NCBI GenBank assembly: GCA_051861265.1
Contig: JBHYDA010000013.1
Coordinates: 54,208 to 118,207, forward strand
Length of the DNA: 64,000 nucleotides
Origin: Rubrivivax sp.
GTDB taxonomy: Bacteria; Pseudomonadota; Gammaproteobacteria; Burkholderiales; Burkholderiaceae_C
Direction: 5' to 3'
Shown here: positions 8,882 through 18,021 of the stretch, piece by piece
How positions within the stretch are numbered: the stretch's first letter is position 1
How the letters are laid out: each line of letters starts with the position of its first letter
Translations under genes and position numbers: made by a program
The notes under the pieces: generated by a model
What the model saw: only the letters and a program-made list of their open reading frames with translations
The model's database searches: none
Told to the model about the DNA's origin: nothing

Positions 8882-9946
8882 TCAGACGATGATGGGTTCC
8901 GGCTCCAGCCGGATGCCGAAGCGCCCGTAGACGCTTTCCTGGATGGCGCGCGCCAGCGTCACCACCTCGGCGCCGCTGGCGCCGCCGCGGTTGACCAGCA
9001 CCAGGGCCTGCTTCTCGTAGACGCCGGCGCGGCCCACGGTCTTGCCCTTCCAGCCGCAGGCGTCGATCAGCCAGCCTGCGGCCAGCTTCACCGTGCCGTC
9101 GGGCATGGGGTAGTGCACGATCTCGGGATCGCGGCCGATGATGTCGCGGCACTGCTCTTCGGTGACCACGGGGTTCTTGAAGAAGCTGCCGGCGTTGCCG
9201 ATGACGGCCGGGTCGGGCAGCTTGGCGCGGCGGATGGCGCAGATCCAGTCGAAGATGGTCTGTGCATCGGGCGCGGAGTTGCCGGTCTCGGCCATCCTGC
9301 GTTCGAGGTCCAGGTAGCCCAGCACCGGCTGCCAGGGCCTGGGCAGGCGGAAGCGCACGCGCGTGATCACGCTCTTGCCCGCCAGGCCGCCGAAGCCGCT
9401 CTGCTTGAACACGCTGTCGCGGTAGCCGAAGCGGCAGTCCGCCGGACCCAGCGTGACGCTGCGGCCGGTGATCAGGTCGATGGCGTCCAGGCTGTGGAAG
9501 CGGTCCTTGAGCTCCACGCCGTAGGCACCGATGTTCTGCACCGGGGCAGCGCCCGTGCTGCCCGGGATCAGCGCCAGGTTCTCCAGCCCCGGCCAGCCCT
9601 GTTGCAGCGTCCAGGCCACCACCGCGTGCCAGCTCTCGCCGGCGCCGGCCTCCACCACCCAGGCCTCGGGCGTCTCGTCCACCAGGCGCAGGCCGGGGAT
9701 CTCGACCTTCAGCACCACCTGCTCCAGATCGTGCGTCAGCACCACGTTGCTGCCGCCGCCCAGCACGAACTTCGGTGCCAGCCCGTACTCGGGGTGGTCG
9801 ACGACGCGGCGCACGTCGGCCTCGGTCTTCAGGCGCACCAACGTGCGGGCCACGGCGGGCAGGCCGAAGGTGTTGTGTTCGCGCAGGCTGGCACGCGTTT
9901 GCACGTCCAGCAAGGGTTGCGCCGCGGGCGCCGGAGGGAGGGTCAT
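8882..9946 (-). CDS. murB: UDP-N-acetylenolpyruvoylglucosamine reductase
   Basis: GGGSNV, GLENLALIPG, AAPVQNIGAYG, GNAGSFFKNP, LEPEP; start taken at ATG 9946. Confidence 0.95.
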   Translation of the reverse strand: MTLPPAPAAQPLLDVQTRASLREHNTFGLPAVARTLVRLKTEADVRRVVDHPEYGLAPKFVLGGGSNVVLTHDLEQVVLKVEIPGLRLVDETPEAWVVEAGAGESWHAVVAWTLQQGWPGLENLALIPGSTGAAPVQNIGAYGVELKDRFHSLDAIDLITGRSVTLGPADCRFGYRDSVFKQSGFGGLAGKSVITRVRFRLPRPWQPVLGYLDLERRMAETGNSAPDAQTIFDWICAIRRAKLPDPAVIGNAGSFFKNPVVTEEQCRDIIGRDPEIVHYPMPDGTVKLAAGWLIDACGWKGKTVGRAGVYEKQALVLVNRGGASGAEVVTLARAIQESVYGRFGIRLEPEPIIV

Positions 9947-10025
9947 GCCACAATTTTCGTGCATATTCCGAAGGGGCCTGCGGCCCTGCAGCGCTCCCTG
10001 TTCCCACCGCCCCTGAACCGCTCTC

Positions 10026-10529
10026 ATGCCCAGCTTCGACGCCGTCATCGAACCCGATCTCGTGGAACTCCGCAACGCCGTCGATCAGGCGCAGAAAGAG
10101 ATCGGCACGCGCTTTGACTTCAAGGGCAGCAGCGCCCAGGTGGACCTGAGCTCGCCCACGCCCAAGACGCGCGAACTCACGCTCTGGGCCGACAGCGATT
10201 TCCAGCTCGGCCAGGTGAAGGACGTGCTGATCGCCAAGCTCACCAAGCGCAACGTCGACATCCGCCTGCTCGACTTCAGCGCGACGCCGCAGAAGATGAG
10301 CCACGACAAGCTCAAGCTTGCCGTTCCGGTGAAGAGCGGCGTGGACGCCGAAACCGCCAAGAAGATGCAGACCGCGCTCAAGGCCAGCAAGCTGAAGGTG
10401 CAGGCGGCCTTCCAGGGCGACGCGCTGCGCGTCACCGGGGCCAAACGCGACACCCTGCAGGAAGCCATCGCGCTGCTGCGCAAGGAGCTGAACGAATGGC
10501 CGCTGTCCTTCAACAACTTCCGCGAGTGA
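10026..10529 (+). CDS. yajQ: YajQ-family nucleotide / c-di-GMP-binding protein
   Basis: [33 protein letters not shown]. Confidence 0.9.
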   Translation: MPSFDAVIEPDLVELRNAVDQAQKEIGTRFDFKGSSAQVDLSSPTPKTRELTLWADSDFQLGQVKDVLIAKLTKRNVDIRLLDFSATPQKMSHDKLKLAVPVKSGVDAETAKKMQTALKASKLKVQAAFQGDALRVTGAKRDTLQEAIALLRKELNEWPLSFNNFRE

Positions 10530-11167
10530 AGCCGCTGCGCACCGCTGCGGCCGCGCTGCTGCTGGCCGCGGTGGGCGTGGCCCAGGCGCAGTTGGTGGTG
10601 CTCTCGGGCCGCATGGGCGAAAAGGCCCTGCTGGTGGTGGACGGCCAGCCCTACACCGTGGGCGTGGGCCAGACCGTGGCCGGCGTGAAGCTGCTGCGCT
10701 GGGAAGGCGACGTCGCGCAGGTGGAGCGCGCCGGCCGCAGCTACCCCATGCGTGTGGGCGAGACGCCCGTGCTGCTGGGCGTGGCCCCGCCGCGCAGTGC
10801 CGCGCGCGAGGTGGTGCTGACGGCCGGCTCGGGCGGCCACTTCACCGCTGCGGGCAGCATCAACGGCAAGCAGGTGCGCTTCATGGTCGACACCGGCGCC
10901 ACGCTGGTGAGCCTGGGCAAGGACGACGCCGAGCGCCTGGGCATCGACCTGGCCGGCGCCCGCCGCGGCACCACGCAAACCGCCAACGGGCCGGTGCCCG
11001 TGTGGCTGGTGACGCTGAACACCGTGCGCGTGGGCGAGGTGGAGCTGTCCAACGTCGGCGCGGCCGTGGTGCCGCAGCCCATGCCGATGGTGCTGCTGGG
11101 CAACAGCTTCCTCTCGCGCATGAGCATGAAGCGCGAGGCCGACGTGATGCGGCTCGAACTGCGCTGA
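10526..11167 (+). CDS. Retropepsin-like (clan AA, TIGR02281-type) aspartic protease, exported
   Basis: GTG overlaps the yajQ stop; signal peptide; FMVDTGAT and LLGNSFL. Confidence 0.85.
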   Translation: MKPLRTAAAALLLAAVGVAQAQLVVLSGRMGEKALLVVDGQPYTVGVGQTVAGVKLLRWEGDVAQVERAGRSYPMRVGETPVLLGVAPPRSAAREVVLTAGSGGHFTAAGSINGKQVRFMVDTGATLVSLGKDDAERLGIDLAGARRGTTQTANGPVPVWLVTLNTVRVGEVELSNVGAAVVPQPMPMVLLGNSFLSRMSMKREADVMRLELR

Positions 11168-11212
11168 ACGCCCGGCCCCGCCAGCGGGCTTTGTCTCGCC
11201 AGCGACAAGAGA

Positions 11213-11234
11213 TTTTCGAACGGTCGTGCTAAAA
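11213..11234. promoter_or_regulatory. Putative FadP (TetR-family) operator TTTTCGAACGGTCGTGCTAAAA
   Basis: Imperfect palindrome upstream of an acyl-CoA dehydrogenase pair; resembles the recalled betaproteobacterial FadP consensus GAACGAYCGTKC. Confidence 0.6.
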
Positions 11235-11284
11235 CAGTTGGCTCTTCGCCTGAAGAGCGCCGTGAACCCCGGAGTGCCCCGCCC

Positions 11285-12469
11285 ATGGACCTGAACTTCA
11301 CCCCCGACGAACTGGCCTTCCGGCACGAGATCCGTGCCTGGGTGGCCGAGAACCTGCCGGCCGACATCGCGCACCAGGTGCGCCATTCGCTGCGCCTGAG
11401 CCGTGACGACCACCAGCGCTGGGCCAAGATCCTGGGCAAGAAGGGCTGGCTGGGCTGGGGTTGGCCCAAGCAGTTCGGGGGCCCGGGCTGGAACGCCATC
11501 CAGAAACACCTGTTCGAGGAAGAGCTCGCCTTGGCCTGCGCGCCGCGTGTCATTCCCTTCGGCCCGGTGATGGTGGCGCCCGTCATCATGGCCTTCGGCA
11601 ACGCCGAACAGCAGCAGCGTTTCCTGCCCGGCATCGCCAGCGGCGAGGTGTGGTGGAGCCAGGGCTACAGCGAGCCGGGCTCGGGTTCGGACCTGGCCAG
11701 CCTGAAGTGCAAGGCCGAACGTCGCGGTGACAAGTACATCGTCAACGGCCAGAAGACCTGGACGACCCTGGGCCAGTACGGCGAGTGGATCTTCTGCCTG
11801 GTGCGCACCAGCAGCGAAGGCAAGCCGCAGACCGGCATCAGCTTCCTGCTCATCGACATGAAGAGCCCTGGCATCACCGTGCGCCCCATCGTGCTGATGG
11901 ACGGCGAGCCCGAGGTCAACGAGGTCTGGTTCGATAACGTCGAGGTGCCGGTCGAGAACCTGATCGGCGAAGAGAACAAGGGCTGGACCTACGCCAAGCA
12001 CCTGCTGAGCCACGAGCGCACCAACATCGCCGACGTGAACCGCGCCAAGCGCGAGCTCGAGCGCGTGAAGCGTGTGGCCAAGGCCGAAGGCGTTTACGAC
12101 GACGTGCGCTTCCGCGACCAGATCGCGCTGCTGGAAGTGGACGTGGTGGCGCTGGAGATGATGGTGCTGCGCGTGCTCAGTGCGGAAAAGAGCGGCAAGC
12201 AGAGCCTGGACGTGGCGGGCCTCTTGAAGATCCGCGGCAGCGAGATCCAGCAGCGTTATGCCGAGCTGATGATGCTGGCCGCCGGCCCCTTGAGCCGCGC
12301 TTACATCTACGAGGCGATGGAAGCCGGCTGGCAAGGCGACCAGATCGCCGTGCCCGGCGACATCCTGCCGCTGGCTGGCACCTTCTTCAACATGCGCAAG
12401 ACCACCATCTACGGCGGCAGCAACGAAGTGCAGCGCAACATCGTCGCGCAAACCGTGCTCGGCGCTTAA
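11285..12469 (+). CDS. Acyl-CoA dehydrogenase, PimC-like large subunit
   Basis: WWSQGYSEPGSGSDLASL, NGQKTWTT, TIYGGSNEVQRNI. Confidence 0.9.
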   Translation: MDLNFTPDELAFRHEIRAWVAENLPADIAHQVRHSLRLSRDDHQRWAKILGKKGWLGWGWPKQFGGPGWNAIQKHLFEEELALACAPRVIPFGPVMVAPVIMAFGNAEQQQRFLPGIASGEVWWSQGYSEPGSGSDLASLKCKAERRGDKYIVNGQKTWTTLGQYGEWIFCLVRTSSEGKPQTGISFLLIDMKSPGITVRPIVLMDGEPEVNEVWFDNVEVPVENLIGEENKGWTYAKHLLSHERTNIADVNRAKRELERVKRVAKAEGVYDDVRFRDQIALLEVDVVALEMMVLRVLSAEKSGKQSLDVAGLLKIRGSEIQQRYAELMMLAAGPLSRAYIYEAMEAGWQGDQIAVPGDILPLAGTFFNMRKTTIYGGSNEVQRNIVAQTVLGA

Positions 12470-12481
12470 GGAGACCAGACC

Positions 12482-13609
12482 ATGGATTTCGACTTCACCG
12501 AAGACCAGGAATCGCTGCGCGACGCCGTGCGCCGCTGGGTGGACAAGGGTTTCGCTTTCGAGCGCCGCCACGGCCTGGCCAAGGCCGGTGGCGCCAGCCG
12601 CGCCGTGTATGCCGAGCTGGCCGAACTCGGCCTGGCCGGGCTGGTGGTGCCTGAAGCCCACGGCGGCCTGGGCCAAGGCCCGATGGACGTGATGGTGGTC
12701 TGCGAAGAGCTGGGCCGCGGCCTCGTGAACGCGCCCTACGCGGAAGCCGCACTGATGGCGCCCGCGCTGCTGTCCGCGGCGCCTGAGGCGCTGCAGGCCG
12801 ATTGGTTGCCGCGCATCGCCGGCGGCGAGGCGCTGGTGGTGCCGGCGCTGCACGAGCGTGGCGCGCGCTACAAGCTCACGAAGATCAGCACCACCGCACG
12901 CCAGGAGGGCGGTGCGTGGTTGGTGACGGGCCAGAAGATGGTGGTACCCGCAGCCGACGAAGCCGATGCCTTCATCGTGCCGGCGCGCTTGAGCGGTGCC
13001 GATGGCGACACCGCTGGCATAGGCCTCTTCCTGGTGGAAGCCGGCGCTGCGAAGGTCGCGCCCTACCCCACGCAGGATGGCGCGCGCGCCGGCGATGTCA
13101 CGCTGCAGGCCGCGGCTGCGCAGCTCATCACCGCCGACGGCCACGCCGTGCTGGAAGCTGCGGTCGACGCCGCACTGGCCGCGCAATGCGCCGAAGGCGT
13201 GGGCCTGATGGACCGCCTGGTGGCCATCACCGTGGACTACATGAACACGCGCAAGCAGTTCGGCACCACGCTGGCCAGCTTCCAGGCGCTGCGCCACCGC
13301 ATCGCCGACGTGAAGATGCAGCTGGAACTCGGCCGCTCGATGAGCTACTACGCCAGCCTCAAGCTGGGCGAAGCACCGGCGCAGCGCCGCCGTGCGATCA
13401 GCCAGGCGCGTGTGCAACTCTGCCAGAGCATGCGTTTCGTGGGCCAGCAGTGCATCCAGCTGCACGGTGGCATCGGCTGCACCGACGAGTACATCGCCAG
13501 CCACTACTTCAAGCGCCTGACGATGCTGGAGATGAGCTACGGCGACACGCTGCACCACCTGGGCGAGGTGAGTGCGCGGATGCAGGACACCGCGGGCGTC
13601 TTCGCCTGA
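12482..13609 (+). CDS. Acyl-CoA dehydrogenase, PimD-like small subunit
   Basis: RKQFG, FQALRHRIAD, QLHGGIG; tandem with the PimC-like gene. Confidence 0.9.
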   Translation: MDFDFTEDQESLRDAVRRWVDKGFAFERRHGLAKAGGASRAVYAELAELGLAGLVVPEAHGGLGQGPMDVMVVCEELGRGLVNAPYAEAALMAPALLSAAPEALQADWLPRIAGGEALVVPALHERGARYKLTKISTTARQEGGAWLVTGQKMVVPAADEADAFIVPARLSGADGDTAGIGLFLVEAGAAKVAPYPTQDGARAGDVTLQAAAAQLITADGHAVLEAAVDAALAAQCAEGVGLMDRLVAITVDYMNTRKQFGTTLASFQALRHRIADVKMQLELGRSMSYYASLKLGEAPAQRRRAISQARVQLCQSMRFVGQQCIQLHGGIGCTDEYIASHYFKRLTMLEMSYGDTLHHLGEVSARMQDTAGVFA

Positions 13610-13614
13610 TGGAG

Positions 13615-13690
13615 CCCCCAGGCTCACTGCGTTCGCCACCCCCCGAGGGGGCTCTTGCTGCGGCCCGGCGAAGCCGGTTCCGCGCAAGGC
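13615..13690. repeat. REP/MITE-like structured intergenic element
   Basis: CCCCCAGGCT...CCCCCCGAGGGGG...GCGGCCCGGCGAAGCCGGTTCCGC nested palindromes; resembles a dispersed repeat I recall from Comamonadaceae genomes; one copy in this window. Confidence 0.55.
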
Positions 13691-13694
13691 CTTG

Positions 13695-14687
13695 ATGGTG
13701 CTCTACCCCGGCTCGATCACCGACGTTCCGGGCCTGAGCGTCGGCCACGCCGCGGCCATGGGCCGGGCGACCGGGTGCACGGTGCTGCTGTGTCCGCAGG
13801 GTGCCGTGGCCGGTGTCGCGCAGCGCGGCGGTGCGCCGGGCACGCGCGAAACCGACCTGCTGCGCCCCGAGAACACCGTGCAGCAGGTGCACGCCGTGCT
13901 GCTGACCGGTGGCAGCGCTTTCGGCCTGGATGCCGCCGGCGGCGTGATGCGCTGGCTGGAAGAACGCGGCCACGGCTTCCCGGTGGGCGCCGTGGCGCGC
14001 GTGCCCATCGTGCCGGCCGCGGTGCTGTTCGACCTGTGGCACGGCGATGCCCGCATCCGCCCCGGCGCCGACACAGGCTATGCCGCTTGCGAGGCCGCCA
14101 GCACGGCGGCACCCGCCCAGGGCAACGCCGGCGCCGGCCTGGGTGCCACGGTGGGCAAGCTTTTCGGCATCGCCAGGGCGATGAAGGGCGGCATCGGCAC
14201 CGCGTCGCTGCGCCTGGGGCGCGTGACCGTGGGCGCACTGGTGGCCGTCAACGCGCTGGGTGACGTGATCGACGAGAACGGCGGCGTCATCGCAGGCGCG
14301 CGCAGCGAAGACGGCAGGCAGCTCATCGGCAGCACCGCCGCCGTGCTGGCAGGCGCCGGCCCCGCGCCGATGATGGCCGGCATGGCCACCACGCTGGGCA
14401 TCGTGGCCACCGATGCCGCGCTCACCAAGGCACAAGCCAGCGCGCTGGCCGGGCTGGCGCACCACGGGCTTTCGCGCGCGCTGAACCCTGTGACGGCGCA
14501 CGATGGCGACACGCTGTTTGCATTGGCCACCGGCACCGCGGGCGTGCCCGGCGACCTGAACGCGCTGGGCCTGATGGCGGCCGAGGCCGTGGCCGCCGCC
14601 ATCCGCAATGCCGTGCGCGCGGCGCGTGCGCTGCCGGCCGCAGGCGGCTCGCCAGCCGTGCCCGCGGCCTTCGACTTCTCCGTCTGA
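13695..14687 (+). CDS. P1/S58 (DmpA-like) aminopeptidase
   Basis: ITDVPGLSVGH, GGAPGTRETDLL, LTGGSAFGL, GNAGAGLGA, HDGDTLFA. Confidence 0.85.
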   Translation: MVLYPGSITDVPGLSVGHAAAMGRATGCTVLLCPQGAVAGVAQRGGAPGTRETDLLRPENTVQQVHAVLLTGGSAFGLDAAGGVMRWLEERGHGFPVGAVARVPIVPAAVLFDLWHGDARIRPGADTGYAACEAASTAAPAQGNAGAGLGATVGKLFGIARAMKGGIGTASLRLGRVTVGALVAVNALGDVIDENGGVIAGARSEDGRQLIGSTAAVLAGAGPAPMMAGMATTLGIVATDAALTKAQASALAGLAHHGLSRALNPVTAHDGDTLFALATGTAGVPGDLNALGLMAAEAVAAAIRNAVRAARALPAAGGSPAVPAAFDFSV

Positions 14688-14690
14688 ACC

Positions 14691-15455
14691 ATGGCCGCAC
14701 CCAGCATCGCGCAGATCCTCTTCAGCCAGGGCTTCGGCAACCGGCGCGTGTGCGCAGGCCTGGTGCAGTTCGGCCATGTGCGTGTGGCCGGGCGTGTGCT
14801 CGACGACCCGAGCGAGTCCTTCGACACCGAGGGCCTGGTCTTCGAGGTCGAGGGCCAGGCCTGGGCCTTCCACGCCAAGGCGCTGCTGATGCTGCACAAG
14901 CCTGCGGGCTACGAGTGCAGCCAGAAACCCCGTCACCACCCCAGCGTGATGAGCCTGCTGCCCGCGCCGCTGCGCACCCGCGGCGTGCAGCCCGTGGGCC
15001 GGCTGGACGAAGACACCACGGGCCTGCTGCTCTTCACCGACGACGGCGCGCTCATCCACCGCCTCACCAGCCCCAAGCACCACGTCGACAAGGTCTACGA
15101 GGTGTTCACCAAACACCCGCTGGACGAGACCCAGCTGCAGCGCCTGCGCGAAGGCGTGGTGCTCGACGACGACCCGGCGCCGGTGCGCGCCGTGGCCGCT
15201 GTTCAGGTGGCCGAGCAACACCTGCAGCTGACGCTGGGCGAAGGCAAGTACCACCAGGTCAAGCGCATGCTGGCAGCCGTGAGCAACCGCGTGGAAAGCC
15301 TGCACCGCAGCCGCTTCGGGCCCTGGGTGCTGCCCGAGAAGTTGGCGCCGGGGCAATGGGCCTGGGTCGATGCGGGCGCCCTGCCCGCGCCAGTCAAGGC
15401 CCCGCCGCCCGGCCCTGCCGCTTCAGGTTCCGCTGCGCCAGGCGCGCCCGGTTGA
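14691..15455 (+). CDS. rsuA: 16S rRNA pseudouridine(516) synthase
   Basis: HKPAGYECS, GRLDEDTTGLLL, EGKYHQVKRM. Confidence 0.9.
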   Translation: MAAPSIAQILFSQGFGNRRVCAGLVQFGHVRVAGRVLDDPSESFDTEGLVFEVEGQAWAFHAKALLMLHKPAGYECSQKPRHHPSVMSLLPAPLRTRGVQPVGRLDEDTTGLLLFTDDGALIHRLTSPKHHVDKVYEVFTKHPLDETQLQRLREGVVLDDDPAPVRAVAAVQVAEQHLQLTLGEGKYHQVKRMLAAVSNRVESLHRSRFGPWVLPEKLAPGQWAWVDAGALPAPVKAPPPGPAASGSAAPGAPG

Positions 15456-16551
15456 AGGCGCGCAGCCGGCCCAGGCTGCTCTCGGCCAGCGCCGCGCCCA
15501 CGTCTTGCAGCCGCTGCACGAGGGTCGGCAACGGCAAGGTGTGCGCCGCGCGCTGTTGCCGGGCCAGGGTCAGCACTTCGCGCCAGGCCGCGAGGTTCTT
15601 GTCCAGGCCGTGCTGCCGCTGCACCTCGTCTCTCGCCGCGGTCGCCACGCGCAGGCGGGTAGCGGGGTTGTCGATCACCGCGCGGAGCGCCGTTTCCCAG
15701 GCGACCGCCGTGTTCGGCACCAACCAGCCGTTGTGGCCGTCGGCCACCACCTCGGCATAGGGGCTGACGGCCGAACACAGCGTGGGCACGCCCGCGCCGG
15801 CCAGGTAGAGCCACTTGACCGCGCTCTTGCCCGCTGCGAAACGGCTGTCCTCCAAAGGCACCACGCCCACCGGGTTGGGCAGGCTTCTCGCGAAATCCAG
15901 GAAGGCTGCGCGCGGCATCAAGGCGTGGCGCTGCACTTGCAGGCCGGCGGCTTCAAAGGCCGCGCCGGGCGGGCCCACCACCACCAAGCGGAGCTCGGCC
16001 TGCGCCTGCTGCAAGGCGCGCAGGGCCGGGAAGATGGCGTCCACCGCCAGGTGTTCGGTGGATGCAAAAAGCAGGCTCACCGGTCCCTCGGTCTGCGCCG
16101 GCAGCGGCAGCGCGTCGGGCGGCAGCGCGTGGTTGGGCACCACCACGGCCGGGGGCAAGGCCAGGCTTTCGGCCAGCATCTGCTGCAGCCGCGCGGTGCT
16201 GACGCTCAGCGCGTCGCTCTCGGCCAGGCAGCGCGGCAGCCAGCGCAGCTGCGCCGCCACGGCGGCCTGGTTGCTGATGTGCGGCGGCAGTTCGGTCAGC
16301 AGGTCGTCGATGTCGTAGACCACCGCGCCGCCGCGCTGGCGCATCCAGCGCTGCAGCCGCCACGCGCGGGCGTTCAAGCCGCGCTGCACCACCAGCACGT
16401 CGGCCGCCGCCAGATCGGCGCGCGTGCAATCGTGGAAGCTGCGTTGCACCAGCGTGTGCCCGTCGGCATCGGCCAGCGCCTGCAGCGGCGAGGCCACGCG
16501 GATCTGCGCGACCAGCGCCGTGATGTCGCCTGCCAGCGCGAGCAGCTTCAC
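15394..16551 (-). CDS. Glycosyltransferase, GT-B / GT4-like
   Basis: GTG overlaps the methyltransferase stop; VYDIDDLL, KSAVKW, GVPTLCSAVSPY, GHNGWLV. Confidence 0.75.
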   Translation of the reverse strand: MKLLALAGDITALVAQIRVASPLQALADADGHTLVQRSFHDCTRADLAAADVLVVQRGLNARAWRLQRWMRQRGGAVVYDIDDLLTELPPHISNQAAVAAQLRWLPRCLAESDALSVSTARLQQMLAESLALPPAVVVPNHALPPDALPLPAQTEGPVSLLFASTEHLAVDAIFPALRALQQAQAELRLVVVGPPGAAFEAAGLQVQRHALMPRAAFLDFARSLPNPVGVVPLEDSRFAAGKSAVKWLYLAGAGVPTLCSAVSPYAEVVADGHNGWLVPNTAVAWETALRAVIDNPATRLRVATAARDEVQRQHGLDKNLAAWREVLTLARQQRAAHTLPLPTLVQRLQDVGAALAESSLGRLRAFNRARLAQRNLKRQGRAAGP

Positions 16552-17129
16552 TTCTTCGCCTCGAACTCCCAGATCAAATGCCCGCAGGCCCCACGGCGGA
16601 TGCGGTGCGCCAGGCGCACCCGCTCCCACCAGCCCTGCGGCGGCGGGATGAACGCGCGCTGCGCATCGGGCTTGGTCAGCTGCACGCGCCGCACCTCGAA
16701 ATCACCCTGGAAGCCGTACATCGCCGCCAGCCGCTGCGGCCGTGTGAAGTAGGTGTGGGTGTCTTTCGTCATGATGTTCACGTGCGTCGGGTCCATGAAG
16801 GCGGCCGCGCTCGGGAACACCGGCGTGATGGCGTAGAGCAAGCCGCCCGGCTTCAACACACGCCAGACCTCGTTCATCAGCTCGATGAAGGGGAAACGTG
16901 TGCCCTGGCCGTCGGCCGTGGGCAGCACGCGCGGGATGTGCTCGAGGAAATCGTAGGCCGAAGCCGAATCGAAGCTGTTGCTATCGAAGGGGATGGGCTG
17001 CGTGGCCAGGTTGGCGCGGCGGATGGAGCCGCTGTCGTCGCCCGAAAGATCGACGCCGCAGAGCTCGTCGCGGCCATAGGGGTTGCGCGGGATGGGGCCG
17101 CAGCCCAGGTCGAGGTGGCGGGTGCTCAT
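16548..17129 (-). CDS. Class I SAM-dependent methyltransferase (glycan-locus type)
   Basis: HLDLGCG motif I, YDFLEHI, EVWRVLKPGG, DPTHVN. Confidence 0.85.
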   Translation of the reverse strand: MSTRHLDLGCGPIPRNPYGRDELCGVDLSGDDSGSIRRANLATQPIPFDSNSFDSASAYDFLEHIPRVLPTADGQGTRFPFIELMNEVWRVLKPGGLLYAITPVFPSAAAFMDPTHVNIMTKDTHTYFTRPQRLAAMYGFQGDFEVRRVQLTKPDAQRAFIPPPQGWWERVRLAHRIRRGACGHLIWEFEAKK

Positions 17130-17962
17130 CGTGGGCGGGCCCCAGGGGTGACGAAAGACTGCGCTGCGGCCAGCCAGCCCAAGGTGCGGGTGTTGATGTC
17201 GCGCCGGCCTGCTGCTCGCCGCCGGCGCAGCAACTCGGTGGCAGCCGTGGGCATGCGCTGCGCCAGCAGCGCACGCGCCAGGCGGCGTGCGTCGCGGCTG
17301 CGGAAGAAGGCGTCGGGCAGCTGCGGCAGCCAGGCCAGCAGCGTGTTTTCGTCCAGCACACGCGGCAGGTTGTAGGGGCCGTGGAAGCCGAACACCTGCC
17401 CGCGCGGCGGGCGGTTCTCGAAGGCGAAGCGCTGAGCCAGCGCAGGCGGCGCAAAACGCACGCCGTGGTCGGTTTCCAGCATGGCGCGGTGGGTGGTGCC
17501 GAGCACCACGTCTTCCGGGTGCAGCTCGGTGATGCGCGCGTCACGCCCGGCCTGCAGCAGCTTCTGCGAACGCAGCGAAAAGCCACCGTTGCCGACGTTG
17601 CGGCCTTCGGGCTGGTCGGGCCACACGGCGCCGATGTAGTCCCATTGCAGGAACTCGTCGGTCCACGCTTCGGGCTGGCGCACGAAGCCGTCCCACTGCG
17701 TCACCAGCACGAAGGGTGTGTGGATGTGGGCCGGGAGCTCGTGCAGCACAAATCGCGAGTAGTCGGCGCCCGAGGTGATCTCGTCGATCTCCACCACCTC
17801 GATGCCGGGCAGGGCTTGCGGCGGCACCCAGCCCCGCGTGAACAGCAGCACGCGTCCGAAATCGATGCCGGCCATCGAGTGCCGCAGCGATTGCGCGGCC
17901 AAGGCCGGTGCCCGTGTGTCCACGATGCACAGGCTCACCTGGGGCAGGGCCAGTCGCTTCAT
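17126..17962 (-). CDS. DUF5672-family protein (putative glycosyltransferase)
   Basis: TQWDGFV, WDYIGAVW, VGNGGFSLRS, PEDV, FGFHG motifs; start taken at ATG 17962. Confidence 0.75.
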   Translation of the reverse strand: MKRLALPQVSLCIVDTRAPALAAQSLRHSMAGIDFGRVLLFTRGWVPPQALPGIEVVEIDEITSGADYSRFVLHELPAHIHTPFVLVTQWDGFVRQPEAWTDEFLQWDYIGAVWPDQPEGRNVGNGGFSLRSQKLLQAGRDARITELHPEDVVLGTTHRAMLETDHGVRFAPPALAQRFAFENRPPRGQVFGFHGPYNLPRVLDENTLLAWLPQLPDAFFRSRDARRLARALLAQRMPTAATELLRRRRAAGRRDINTRTLGWLAAAQSFVTPGARPR

Positions 17963-18021
17963 GGCGGCGCATTGTGCCGGCAAGGCTGCTGGCGGCTTGA
18001 GGCCGTGGCTACACTGCCGGC

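Noticed and set aside
10085-13687. 1200-aa minus-strand ORF, and similar long ORFs at 25668..28604, 43759..45498, 52573..54507 and 57130..59658
   Set aside because: Antisense shadows of well-supported genes; stop codons are rare in high-GC DNA and the translations have no motifs.
15394-15455. 62-bp convergent overlap of rsuA and the glycosyltransferase as antisense regulation
   Set aside because: Both tails are low-complexity extensions typical of stop-codon drift in GC-rich genomes.
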